DNA of 64,000 nucleotides from Zygnema circumcarinatum SAG 698-1b (lineage: Eukaryota > Plantae > Zygnematophyceae). The DNA lies in contig CM074804.1 in assembly GCA_037447605.1 (NCBI GenBank), positions 2,790,001 through 2,854,000 on the forward strand, read 5' to 3'. The notes under the pieces were generated by a model. It saw only the letters and a program-made list of their open reading frames with translations. It made no database searches and was not told the origin of the DNA. This document shows, one piece after another, positions 16,101 to 32,250 of this stretch; the stretch's first letter is position 1; each line of letters begins with the position of its first letter. A program made the translations under genes and the position numbers.

Positions 16101-19100
16101 CCTGTTTCAACTTTTCACATATATTATCGCCTTTCTCCTCCCCGCTCCATCTCTCATCTCCTCACAGCAGCTAACAATAACTGCAATTAATTGTCATATA
16201 CGTCTTTTGCAAGAATCATAAAAAACTTCAAACATCCACAGTCACAATCAGAAACCAAAGTGCAAAACATATCCTCCACGCGGTAAAATAGTCCCAGACA
16301 AAAACCATGTCCAACGAGAGGATACTGTCGTGTGCTCTCCGTTTCGAACATGCTTGAAAGTTTTTCCCTCGCCTTGCTGCGACAAAGGGATAAAGAAAAA
16401 AAGCCTAATTTCAGGCCAATGCATTCTAAATCTCATTGGCTCCTAAAAAGGCTGCTACTTGAAGGTTACGTTCCCAGAATCGATTTCAGCTCTCGTCAAC
16501 CTCCCAGGAGACATCAGTCACGCTAGTTATTTGCACAATACCCTCATCCATCCACCCACCCTCTTTAGTCCAGGTCACTCTCTTACATCAAGAGACGAAA
16601 AGGGAAAGAGAGTGGAGGGGGGAAGGGAAGGGGGAAGGGGGCAGCGACGAGGAGAGAGAGGGGAGGGAAGGGGAGTGAAGGGGAGTGAAGGGGAGTGGGA
16701 GAGGGAGAGGGAGAAGCAGGGGGGCGGTGATCTTAGAAAATGTCACCCACCTGATTGATTCATCCAGCACTTTCTCCGCCTCTTTCAAAATTTCCTGCTC
16801 TGCCTGCCAGTGGAGAAGCAGTGCCAAGCATGAAAAATAGGTATACACAATATGGATATGACCAAGTACGCCTTTCTCCAGAACAGAAACCTAAAGAACT
16901 GACTGAACTGAACTGACTGACAGAGAAATTGGCATTCGAATGTGGCCCGCGACCGTTTTTCCCAACAAAGAGTCACAACCACGAGCGATAGTTCTAGCCT
17001 AAGTCACCTCTCACTCGACGAGGTGAAAATTCTTTCAATGACAAAGCAGTTCTCAAACAAGGAAAAAGAACTGGCCGACTACATTTTCATTTTGTCCTGA
17101 TCACCCCCAAAGGGCTTGAAGAATGAAATTTCAAAAAACTCCAAACCGAAGTGTTGTCAGCGTAGCATTGTATTTAACGGTCGCAGGACAAGGAAAAGGA
17201 TGCATAAGTACTGATAAGTGCAACTATACATCTATACTAATAACGAAACCCATGTTCATACTCAAACTCGTGAAACTCTCCTTTTACACAGTTCAAAATG
17301 CGTGCACTCCATCGTTCGACAGCATGACACAAAGACCACGGGCAGACTGATACAGAGTAATAGATAGGAAAAGCCAGAGGACCGGTCCTTGCAAATGAAT
17401 GGCAGTAGGCACTAGATAATACAAGAAACTCAACCTGCATATTCAAATAGTCGTCGTTCATTCCTGTTTCGTCAAGGCCTTCCAGTCCCCTGTGTCCCCC
17501 ATAGAAGCCATTTGAAAAGTCAGCTCTCGTAGGCTTGTCTATTGTTGGTAAATGTGTCGAGAACAATAGAGAGCGTCAGCTATGTGTATCAGGGTCGTTT
17601 TTGACAGTTCATGGGGATCTCTATAGGATGATAATTGGAGTTCCTGAAGAGGATGAAACTAAAAAAACTGCTTTGCCGAATGAATTGCATTCACCAGGCA
17701 TCAAAGTAGTTGTTAAATATCGCTTCACATGCACACACATATGTCTGTCGAAAGCCGAGGAAAAGGGATCAAAAGAGAATGCCGATCTCAATTCAAACTC
17801 ATCATGAGGCACTTCTATCGTTCTGTGTGGTATTCTTCGTTCCCTTACTCAAGTTCCGCACTACTTGTCGGTGTGTGCTGAAACCGGAAATCAACAAACG
17901 ACTGAACTTACTTCCACTGGATGTTATTTTTTGATTTTTTTTCAATGAGTCCTATTCCTTCAAGTACGTTTGTTATATCGTATATCCTCCGTTTTTGCAC
18001 CTGCAAGAAATGCCGCAAAGATGAAAATCAGAGCAGCATTCAGAATTCAAAAAAGCATTGGTAGAATAAATCAGAACGAAGGTTGTAAAAAAAGCAAGCA
18101 ACAAGTCGAAACCAAAGTCCATCCTTGCCAGAACGAAAACAGGTGAGACAACAACACGCAGAGTATTGCTTCCAGCACGTTCAACGTGACTAATTCCAGA
18201 AGCCGCATCACGCAGATGACAATTCTCCTGAAAATGAAAAGTTGAAGAGGAAGGATGAACTTCAAGCAAATTGTCTGAATCATCTCCAACAGATTGAAAC
18301 CATATGATACAGACAAACAGATGCAAGTGAGTATAGCTGACAACGACGCTGGAAGTGTTAAAAGGCATATCAAAGAACGTACATGAAGGGTTTGCGCTGC
18401 TGTGTTAAGGTCCAGCACCCCATCTTCTGAATTTCTTACAAGTTCAATGAATTTTCTAGTCAACAAACCTGGAAAACGGACGAAAAATCAGCATGGCATG
18501 TCAGCTTTGGTCAAAGTGCTCGATGAAAATTGACGAAAACAAACATTGACAAAGATGCTGAAGCATTATAACGAGCACAATCGTCGACAGGTTTTCCAGA
18601 AGAATTTCTCAATTACCAAGAGAATTGTCATAACGGCAAGCTGCTGCTGCATTGCCGGTTGGGGAATCAGTAGACATGGTTGCGGGTTCATTTCCCTCCC
18701 AAGCACCTGCGGCAATCACTAACTGTCAGATGTGTAGCCAAATAGTAGCATTGCCAACAGCACTGCTTCAGTTAGTGGCAAACTACTGACAAAGACGTCT
18801 TCCTGTGGGGGGGGGAAGAGAAGCAAGGCAAAGGGAGATTGGCATTGATGTTCACAGTTCATAACGTGTGTCGTTACACTAGCATCATAATATTCAAATT
18901 TAAGGCACAGCTAAAGTACCTAGCCATTCAAAAAGTCAACAGACTGACATATTGAAAGAGACCTGAAAGATAGTGACTGCTCCTCCCTGGTCGGTTGAGT
19001 TTTCGATTTGGGCGAAACGCAGAGAGAACTGCAGGGCTTGCATCAGAGGCTCCGGCGCTCATATGTCCGGCATTCCAACCTTCCACTTCCATGTTGTGAT

Positions 19101-20283
19101 TGCCACTTCGCTGTAAAAACAAAGGTAACATATAAATGCAGTCAGGAATAGAAGCATCGGCGAATGCCTAAGAAAACGTGCTCAAAAAGTGCCAAATGTG
19201 TACAATTATGCGGAGAGTTTTCATCACAGTCTCGCCCTATCAAGCATAATAACACGAGCGTAGCCCTCGAAAAAGTCTTCTTCCTTTCCTTCAGGCAAGA
19301 AAGTTCCTTGACTTACTGGTGCCAGCTGCGTGTAGGTCTCACCAAAAAGACCTCCATTTATTTGGCGACGAGAAAGATCCTGCAGGTTCCAGAATAAACG
19401 AGCGACTCAACACTTTGCCAACAGAAAAAGGTCTCTGGACAATCATATTAATTAGGCAAGCACATTCACCCTCAAACAATGGTAACAGCAAATAGCAAGT
19501 TGAACTGATGTGCATTCTTTTGACAAGAAACGGCCATCTTTAGATGAAAAAAAACTCAATAATTGTGTTTCCATCTTCTTCCCTTCGCATCTATCAGCCT
19601 TTAAGGAAATTCAGAAACACAATCAAGCAAATACTTGAAAGGTGCACAAAGAAGCAATGCAATGCCGCTAGACAATTGACACGTACAATCCATAAAAACG
19701 ATCTACGGACTTTCCATTTCTACTGCATATACAACTCTAGTGACAAAACAACGAGCATGTTAATGTCAAATATTTTAAGCCTACATCAAATCAAGATTAT
19801 CTACCTCAAACCCCATAATTCCATTCCATTAACACCTTAACTATTAACTGCCTCAAGGAATAGAAAAGCGTTAAATCGCATAATTCACATATTTGCAGTG
19901 CCACGACAGAATAGACTACCTATCCACCTCACCATTATCATCGACATCAGTATCACATCCTCATCATTTTTGTCGCAGTCATTATCATCATCATCATTAT
20001 CATCAACACTCACAGAAAATTTCGAAACAAGAGCTTCTTCATCAGGAGAACCGATGGTTCTCGAATGGCTGCTTGTTGCGCCGCTAGGATCGCGGAACCT
20101 GTGGAACTCGTCCGGTGATGCAAACGATGGCCTTGAATGAGTGAAAGCAACATGATGATGATATGGAGGAGAGGAATATTGCGCTACAGATGGAGTAACG
20201 ACGTGAGCGATCTGCTGCTGCTGCTGCAATGCAGGTGTTAGGGGTCTCTTTCCCGAAGAAGTTCCAGCCATGGCTGCCTTCAT
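13183..20283 (-). CDS. E2F: E2F transcription factor (E2Fa/b-like), multi-exon. Last exon inferred as 13183-13310.
   Basis: CRYDNSLG|[22 protein letters not shown]|[29 protein letters not shown] (DNA-binding domain); [14 protein letters not shown] and LEVPDPDE (marked box); [20 protein letters not shown] (RBR-binding motif). Confidence 0.93.
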
Positions 20284-21063
20284 GCAGGAACTCCTGCAAC
20301 TAATTAGCTTTTCTAAAAAAAAACAAGATCCATAACCAAGACTGGGGACCTGCTGGCACAACACTGTGAACAGGAGCGAGTCTCCATGCTTCCTGCTCCT
20401 CGCTTGGAACCCCTAATTACTGCCAACTACGAAAATTCCGAGATTTATGACTCATATCATGCAGCACAGGTCGAGACGCTGGACACTGGGAGTTCCCTCT
20501 CGGAACAAAAACCATTGCAGGCTTCCAAAACTTCAGAAAAGTTGCAGTAGTTGCACAGCTGGCAGAGAGGTGAAGCCATGTCCTGCAAATTTTCCTTGGT
20601 ATTTCAATGGCAGCTGCAAAAAGAGCTACAATATCCTGGTTGCGGAGGGGAATGGCCGCCATATTTGACTGCCATGACTGCCTGCAAACCGGCTCGTGGA
20701 GGAGCCTCCAGCTGCCTCCAGGGAGGCAAGGTCCTTCCCTTCAGCACTTTGAATCCGACATTCCCAGTCTCGCGCCTTCCGATTTTATTCACAAATCTGG
20801 TCCAAGCCCATTTCCTCCAATTCCGCAATCGTCTACAAAACGTTTTCCAGTCAGAAAGTTTCGTCCATTGTATTTTCAACATTGGTCCATTTCAGGGGAC
20901 GAACGATTTAAGGGTTCACGAAGGCGGCCTTTTCACGGCATGCCTTGCCCAAACCTGTAAAAACTATTTCATCTGCCCAGAACTGCTTTTCGTAAAAACA
21001 ACTACGCATGCAACACCAAACGTACGGCCTGTCCCATGTTGTGTGTACAGTACAGTACAAAAG

Positions 21064-23047
21064 GGAAAATTCTATTCTCACACCTTTTTTGCCTACACAC
21101 AGACCTTTTTTCGCCGGGCAGGTTCTATTTTAGAAAATCGAAAAATGCTTTTTTAACACCTTTTTTGTCTATACACACTCCTTTTTCCGTTGGGCAGATT
21201 TTACTCCTGACTTTTTTTTGGAGTGAAAAACAATATCGGCTTGCCCGAATCCACTGAAGCGGAAGATCCGTCCGCCACGAGAATCGTTCGCGGGTGTGCG
21301 TCCCTTCACAGGCATTGAATCCCGTCGACTAACTCGCAGATCGCAACACGGCAGATCACCGTTCGATCTGCAGTCGGGCTCTGTCCCAGCGAATGGCACG
21401 TGCCCACGTGCCCCACCAATGCCGGCTGGCACGTGCTAGAGCGCGCGTCCCACGGCCCGAGATCTCCACAAAATATGAGCTTGACTGGCCAGCCTGCGGC
21501 GGCTCTCCAACTAACAGCCAACACCATCTCCCAAGTGTACCCTTAATCACGTGGCAAATTATAATTGGTCCAAGCATTCAATGTACGGTATTTCGCCTTT
21601 CCTCGAGGAAAATTCTATTCTCACACCTTTTTTGTCTACGCACAGACCTCTTTTCGCTGGGCAGGTTTTAAAATAGACAAAAAAGGAACACACCTTTCAC
21701 ACCTTTTTTTTTTCACCTTTTTTTTCACATCTTTTTGGAATCGATACACGCTACCAGTCCTGAGCGGCCGAGCGCCGTGAGACCTTTTTCTGTCGGGCAG
21801 ATTTTACTCCTTATCATTTATTTTCAGAGAAAAAAATATCTGCCTGCCCGAATCCGTTCGCAGCGGAAGATCCGTCCGCCACGAGAATCGTTCGCGGGTG
21901 TGCGTCCTTCACACGTGCATTGAATCTCCCCCGTCGACTAACTCGCAGATCGCAACACGGCAGATCACCGTTCGATCAGCAGCCGGGCTCTGTCCCACGT
22001 GTCCCACCCAAGCCGGCTCCAAGGACCGTACAAAAGGCGTACGCCCGCAGCTTCGAGGAAAGTCAAAAAACGTAATAATTAAAGTTGAGTGCCTGTACCA
22101 ATCACAGTTTGCCACGTCTAAAAAGAGCACGCGGCAGATGGTGATTGATTCAAGCTCGCAATGTAAGGAATTTAGACCTTCCTCGAAGCTGCGACCGTAC
22201 GAATTGTGTACGGTCCTCGAGCCTGCTCGGGTGGGACACGTGGGCGTGTGCCATTCGCTGGAACCGAGCCCGGCTGCCGATCGAAAGGTGATCTGCCGTG
22301 GTGTGATCTGCTCTAGAATCGACGGTGTATAGTTTCTGCACGTGTGAAGGACGGCCACCCGCGAACGATCTCGTGGCGGACGGATCTTCTGCTCTGAGTG
22401 GATTCGGGCAGGCCGATATTTTTTTCTTTGAAAAAAACAAGAAAGGGTAAAATCTGCCCGATGGAGAAAGGTGTGTATCGATTTCAAAAAGGTGGGAAAA
22501 AAAAGGTGAAAAAAAAAAGGTGAGAAGGTGTGAAAGGTGTGTTCTTTTTTTGTGCTATTTTAAAATCTGCCCGGCGAAAAGAGGCCTGTGTGTAGACAAA
22601 AAAGGTGTGAGAATAGAATTTTCCTTCCTCGAAACTGTGACCGTACAGTTTTTGTATGGACGGTTTGAGCCGGATTTGGCGGGACACGTGGGCCCGTGCC
22701 ATTCGCTGGGACCGAGACCAACTGCAGATCGAACGATGATCTGGCGTGGTGCGATCTGCGAGTTAGTTGACGGCGGAGATTCACCGCACGTGTGAAGAAC
22801 GCACACCCGTGAACGATCATGGGGCGAACGGATCTTCCGCTCCTAGCGGATTTGGGCAAGCCGATTTTTTCCTCTCCAAAAACAAAATCAGGGGTAAAAT
22901 CTGCCCGACGGAAAAAGGTTTGTATCGATTCCAGAAAGGAATGAAAAAAGCATTTTTCGTTGTTAATCCTTTTTTTTCTAAAATAGAACCTGCCCGACGA
23001 AAAAAGGTCTGTGTGTAGACAAAAAAGGTGTGAGAGTAGAATTTTCC
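21064..23047. mobile_element. Non-autonomous long-TIR (Mutator/Foldback-like) element, outer copy, 8-bp TSD TACAAAAG
   Basis: Ends GGAAAATTCTATTCTCACACC.. and ..GGTGTGAGAGTAGAATTTTCC. TACAAAAG lies at 21056-21063 and 23048-23055. The inverted arms are ~370-420 bp. Confidence 0.9.
21607..22624. mobile_element. Second copy of the same family nested inside the first, 8-bp TSD TTCCTCGA
   Basis: Same TIR ends. TTCCTCGA lies at 21599-21606 and 22625-22632. The ~450-bp inverted arms surround a ~115-bp spacer. Confidence 0.9.
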
Positions 23048-23236
23048 TACAAAAGTCCAAATCCTTTTCGTACCGTACCGTACACAAGTGATGTACAACT
23101 ATTGCTCGTGGTTTCTGCAGGATGTACGGATATCGACTGTGCGGCCGATTCCCGTGGGGTCGAGGTGCAGGGCGGCCCCTCCGCTCCGCGAAGTGGGAGA
23201 AAGGGGAAAGGGAGAAGGGGGAGTGGGGCGGCAGCC

Positions 23237-26200
23237 ATGGGAGCTGCAGCTTCGAGGAGCCGCCATGGGGGCGGGGAGGGGAGCTCGGAAGACTTGCCTC
23301 CCTTACCGCCGCCATGGCACCGAAAAGCCTCAGTGCGAGGAATTGGTATTACAGTTGGGCTGGCGTGGCCGGACCCTCCGCCGCCCGTTGGTGTGTGAAT
23401 CTCTCTCTCTCCCTTTTTCTCTCTCTCTCTTTTCCCATTTCCCTATCTCCCTCTCCCTCTCCCTCTGCCTCTCCCTCTCCCTCTCCCTCTCCCTCTCCCT
23501 TCCTCTCCCTCCCTCTCCCTCTCCCTCTCCCTCTCCCTCTCCTCTCCCTCTCCCTCTCCCTCTCCCTCTCCCTCTCCCTCTCCCTCTCCCTCTCCCTCTC
23601 CCTCTCCCTCTCCCTCTCCCTCTCCCTCTCCCTCTCCCTCTCCCTCTCCCTCTCCCTCTCCCTCTCCCTCTCCCTCTCCTTCTCCCTCTCCCTCTCCCTC
23701 TCCCTCTCCCTCTCTCCCTCTCCCTCTCCCTCTCCTCTCCCTCTCCCTCTCCTCTCCCTCTCCCTCTCCCTCTCCCTCTCCCTCTCCCTCTCCCTCTCCC
23801 TCTCCCTCTCCCTCTCCCTCTCCCTCTCCCTCTCCCTCTCCCTCTCCCTCTCCCTCTTCCTCTCCCTCTCCCTCTCCCTCTCCTTCTCCCTCTCCCTCTC
23901 CTTCTCCCTCTCCCTCTCCCTCTCCCTCTCCCTCTCCCTCTCCCTCTCCCTCTCCCTCTCCCTCTCCCTCTCCCTCTCCCTCTCCCTCTCCCTCTCTCCT
24001 CTCTCCCTCTCCCTCTCCCTCCCTCTCCCTCTCTCCCTCTCCCTCTCCCTCTATCCTGCTCTTTTCCAACCTCTCCATCCTCTCCATTCGTTTATTTTCA
24101 CTTTTTCATTTATCTTTTTCAATCGTTCTTACAGGAAAAAGCGCCTCCTCTCTATCTTCAGTGAACAACGTCTCTTCTTTTTCACCGCAAGATGCCACTT
24201 CCAACCAACCACCTTCGAGCGAGACCGTCCACTCCAAGCCTGCGACTTCAGCAGATTTCTCGTCAACCAATGCCCTCTCAGCAGAGCAATTCTACCAACA
24301 CCTGGCCATATCAGCATCAGATTGTCCCACTTTCCACTCCGCCCATATATTAAACCTCCCTCCGGAGTGTCAGCTGGCGATCCTCGGAAAGCTTCAGAAG
24401 CTCGCCGATTGGTGCAGCTTCAAATCTGTGTGCAAACAGTTTCGTAATTTGGCAAATTTTTCCGTTCAAAGCATCGAAATCATGGAACAGCAGGAGTTGA
24501 CAGCGATCCGTCTGGCCAATGGCGTGAAGGAACTAAAGAACTTGGTGGATCTCCGACTTGCTTCCACAAGTGTGAACGATTCGGAGGACGGTTTAATTTG
24601 CGCTCTCGCCCTATGCTGTCGGCAGTTGCGAACGCTCCATTTGGGAAGGTTCTGGAACTGGGTAAGTTTCCTAGCAAGCTTTTGGTTTTGGGTTTTTTGT
24701 TTGTGTGGCTTTTAGGGCTTTTCCGAATATGGGGCCTGAGTGAACTGTTTTATTGTTTAAAGTTTAGTGCTTTCGGGTTTCAGGATTTTGGTTGTTCATG
24801 AGGTCTTCAGATGCTTGTAAAGCTCAGCAACTAAACTTGTGATGTTGGGGATGTTGGGTTTGGGTTTTGGGTTTTGTGGTTTGGTTTGTGGTTTGTGGAG
24901 TTCAGAGCCCATACACCCCTTATGACAATGTTGCATTTGCACTGTTGTTTTTCCAATGTCGAAATTTAGAAGAAGTTGAGATTGTATGGGAAGGAAGTGA
25001 TGGCCCGGCTCCCTCATCTCTATGGGAGCTCCGGCATTTGAGGAGATTGGTGGCTGGTGATTGGCCGGCATTTGATCGGCTTCCTCGGGAAGTGGCCCAA
25101 TTATCGTCCTTGAAGGAGCTTGAAGTTTTTGGGGCAGAAGTGAAAGAAATTTCACGGGAGTTTTGGAGGCTCACCAAGCTTGAGAAGTTAGTATTGGAAT
25201 CTGTGTTGAAGGTATGTAACATTTGGCGCAGATTCTTTTGTAGAGAATAATCTATAAACACACACCTATCCTTCCATTCCTCTCTTCCTCCTATACTTTC
25301 GCTCTCTTCTTTTCTCTTCCCCTCTCCTCACTCCTTGTTCTCTTTTCCCTTCTTTTCCGCTCTCTTTTCTTCTCTCTCTTTTTCGCTCTCTCCTCTGTCC
25401 ACTTTCCTTCCTCTCCTCACTCGCTCCCTCCCCCCCTTCCCCCGCCCCGCCCATCTCCCCCTCTTTCCTCCTCTCTCTCCCTCTCCCACCCCCTCTTCCC
25501 CTCCTCCCCTCCTCCCCTCCCCCCCATCCCCCCTCCCACCCCATCAACCTAACCATTCCCCATTCCCCCCCATCCCCCCGCCCTCCCTCCCCCATCCCCC
25601 ACATCCCTCTCCCCTCATCGCATCCCCCTTTCTCCCCGTCCCCCTCCCCCTGTCCCCTCGGCCCCCCGTCCGCCGCCACCTCCCCCCCTCCCTCCATCCC
25701 CTATCCCCGATGCCCCATCCCCATTCCTCCCTCCCCCCATCCCCCATTCCCCTCCCCNNNNNNNNNNCCCATTCCTCCCTCCCCCCATCCCCCATTCCCC
25801 TCCCCCTTCCCCTCCCCCTTCCCCTCCCCCTTCCCCTCCCCTTCCCCTCCCCTCCCCTCCCCCCCCCTCCTCTCCCATGCCCTTCACCGCCTTGGCGACC
25901 TTTGTTGTCCTTCGCTCCTCTTCTAATTCAGTTTTTTACGTGCGCTATTTGCAGATGGGCGACGTGGCTAAAAATGTCGGTGCCTTGACAAATTTGCGCC
26001 ATTTAGCAATTGAAAATTTGGGTAAACCGAGTAAGGCAAGCCAGGTACATCTTGCATCCTCTTTAGGACAGCTAGGAAAACTCGAAACCCTAAAAATTAT
26101 TAACTGTTTTGGGCCCCTTTCTCCCCATTGGAAATCCGTCCAAAAATTTCAACACTTGACGGAATTTTTCCTTTCAATACACAACTGCTCGTCGGTTCCC

Positions 26201-27376
26201 GACATTTTTTGGCAAAGTGATTGGAGGAATACTCTCACTTCGCTGACGATAGAGGGTGAAAAATTTGAGTTGCTACCCGACTCAATCTTTTTTCTGCTGC
26301 CCAATTTGAGAGTTTTTCGAGCGATCAACTGCGTCGCAGTCAATTGGCTTTCTCCCCAAATCTCCAATTTGTCGAAATTGGAAGAATTGGAATTAGATGG
26401 AGGATTTGTTTCCTTGCCCGAGTCGATAAGCCGCTTGAATCTGCTAAAGAAATTCAGAATTGGACCCAGTACGCCAATTTTAGAGCTTCCTGATATGTTC
26501 GGAACCTTAGGCAAGCTTCAGATAGTTTCATTAGACTGCCCGAATCTGCTCTCGCTTCCCAGAAGTTTTTTTGAGCTGCCCGAGCTGGAGGAACTCAGGC
26601 TTGTCACAAAGTCACTCCGTCTGCTGCCCGAGTCCCTAAAACTTTTGACAAAGTTAACGACGATTGAAATTTTGAGTGAGGAGGTTACTTGGCTTCCTGT
26701 AGCGCTTGGCTCATTAGAGAACCTGCAAAAGCTTTCCATTTCTGGACCGCAAATTGGCTATCTCCCGGCGAGTTTAGGAAATTTGAAAAATTTGAAAACA
26801 TTGACTTTGACCAACTGTAAGGGACTGTTCGCTCTTCCCTCGAGTCTTGGGGACTTGGCCTCTCTCCGGAGCCTGGAGTTGGACTGCGAAAAAATTCGGT
26901 CATTGCCCCCAACCTTGGGCAGCTTAAAGAGTCTCACCCGGCTGCTGATTTTGAACGGCGCGAGAATTTCGGAAATTCCGGAAGAAATTGGCAATTTGAG
27001 TCGGCTTCGGAGGCTCGCATTTGTGAACTGTGTTTCGATTTCGAGTCTTCCGCGGAGTATCGGCTCTTTGTTCAATTTGGTGAGGCTGGACATCCTCATG
27101 TGCACGTCCTTGGCATCGATTCCGGATTCGATTTGTGGGCTCAAGAACTTGGCGTTCCTTGTGTTACAGTCTCTATGGAGCTTGCATTCCCTTCCAGTTT
27201 GTCTCAACGGAACGATGGCATTGACGACGTTCCATGTTCAAGACTGCCCCAAACTGGACGTGGTGCCTCTGTCGTTGAGTCGCTTGAAAGGGATGAGAGA
27301 TGCGGTGGGGACGGAGGGAGAGAGAGAGGGAGAGGGAGGGGGAGGGATGGAAGTGGCAAACAGGAAAATAGAATAG
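23237..27376 (+). CDS. F-box + multi-LRR protein with predicted N-myristoylation. Exons 23237-23390, 24135-24661, 24906-25211, 25955-27376.
   Basis: Start gcagccATGG gives MGAAAS. F-box-like [25 protein letters not shown]. More than 15 LRRs of the LPxSLGxLxxLxxLxL type. Splice phases are compatible. Confidence 0.85.
23450..24050 (+). repeat. (CTCTCC)n hexamer satellite in intron 1 of the F-box/LRR gene
   Basis: Direct reading; it produces the spurious LPLP/SPSP/EGEG ORFs. Confidence 0.95.
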
Positions 27377-28084
27377 GGAAGAAGATTTTTGGTTCGGAGG
27401 TTAGGGTTTAGGTCAAACAAAAACGTCGTAGAATATGATTTTTGGCAAATGTTCTGTCTTTGTTTTTTCAAGCAATGTCGATATCAATTCTTTTGCTTGT
27501 CTCTTTTGTTTGTTTCTTATAGTCTTTTTTTTTATGGTCGTGGTTGCGATTGGTTTGGGGATGTGTTTTGCTGGAATCAAAAGACTTGGCTTGACCTGAC
27601 TTGGCTTAACACTCTCGGCTTCTCTTAACTTGACTTTGGTTTTGATTTCACTTGAACTTGACATATTAACTTTGCTGTAGAATTCCTCCAAAATGGGGGA
27701 GGGCATAGATCGAAGATTCGAAGGTTTACGTGGTGGAAAGGTTGAGTTCTGAGGTCATTGCTACCGAGTCCACTGTGAAACTGCTTAGGTCAAGAATGAA
27801 AGCAGACCCGATCACCAGAAAGAATTCGATCAAAAACAGAAACCCGAAAAGTTGATCTAAAAAACAGGGTGTTCCAGCACGTTTTTTTTTTTTTTAGGAG
27901 TTGATATGACGCGCTCCGCGGATCAACAAACGAAAGCTTTAAAGAAAAACGAAAAAGAAAGAAAGAAGGGCATGAAAATGGCCAAAAGGAAGGGGGGAGG
28001 GGGGGTGGGGGGGGGGAAATAATTACATGATTTCGGAATCAGGGCAGAAATGTGCCCATTCTTTAGAACAACACTTTTTTTTTA

Positions 28085-31832
<3,748 letters not shown>

Positions 31833-32101
31833 GGCGTTGCAGCAGCCGGAGGCAGGGCCCTGAGGAGCGCCGGGATGGGGCGAGGATTAGGGCTGAGGGG
31901 CAAAGCGTAGCACAAGAGTGGGTGGACCAGGTCGGACAATTGGACCAACCATTGTGCCAGACATTGGACCAACCGTTGGAATGCGATTGTGTTGCGGAGG
32001 TCAAAGAATGGGACAACTGTATGACGCTTTCAACGCATGCTTTTTATGCCACACCTCTACTCCCCCTTTAAACCGCATGCTGTTCTATTCGTTTGGATCT
32101 G

Positions 32102-32250
32102 CAGGTGATCACGGCGACCTTTACGGTTTGGAGCATGACAAAAATATCGTGCTTGGATACACAGCCGTGGGGTCGAAGTGGGCCAGAATTCTGAGAGAAT
32201 GCCCGAACAGACGGAAAATACAATGAAGTCGGTTTTGCATTTGTGAAATT
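32102..32250 (+). pseudogene. Isolated MYB-repeat exon with a 1-nt frameshift
   Basis: After the acceptor tctgcag the frame reads YGLEHDKNIVLGYTAVGSKWARILRECPNR. Adding one A continues it as TENTMKS. This aligns without gaps to the MYB R3 pattern WTEEED..I......[21 protein letters not shown]. Confidence 0.6.

Noticed and set aside
21064-23047. CRISPR-like or tandem array interpretation of the repeated modules
   Set aside because: The modules are ~450-bp inverted arms, not short repeats with unique spacers; eukaryotic context and no cas genes
21046-23082. Alternative boundary for the big palindrome: TA TSD with CAGT/CGGT (pogo-like) ends
   Set aside because: The perfect 8-bp TSDs next to the GGAAAATTC TIRs, seen at three separate insertions, explain the structure better
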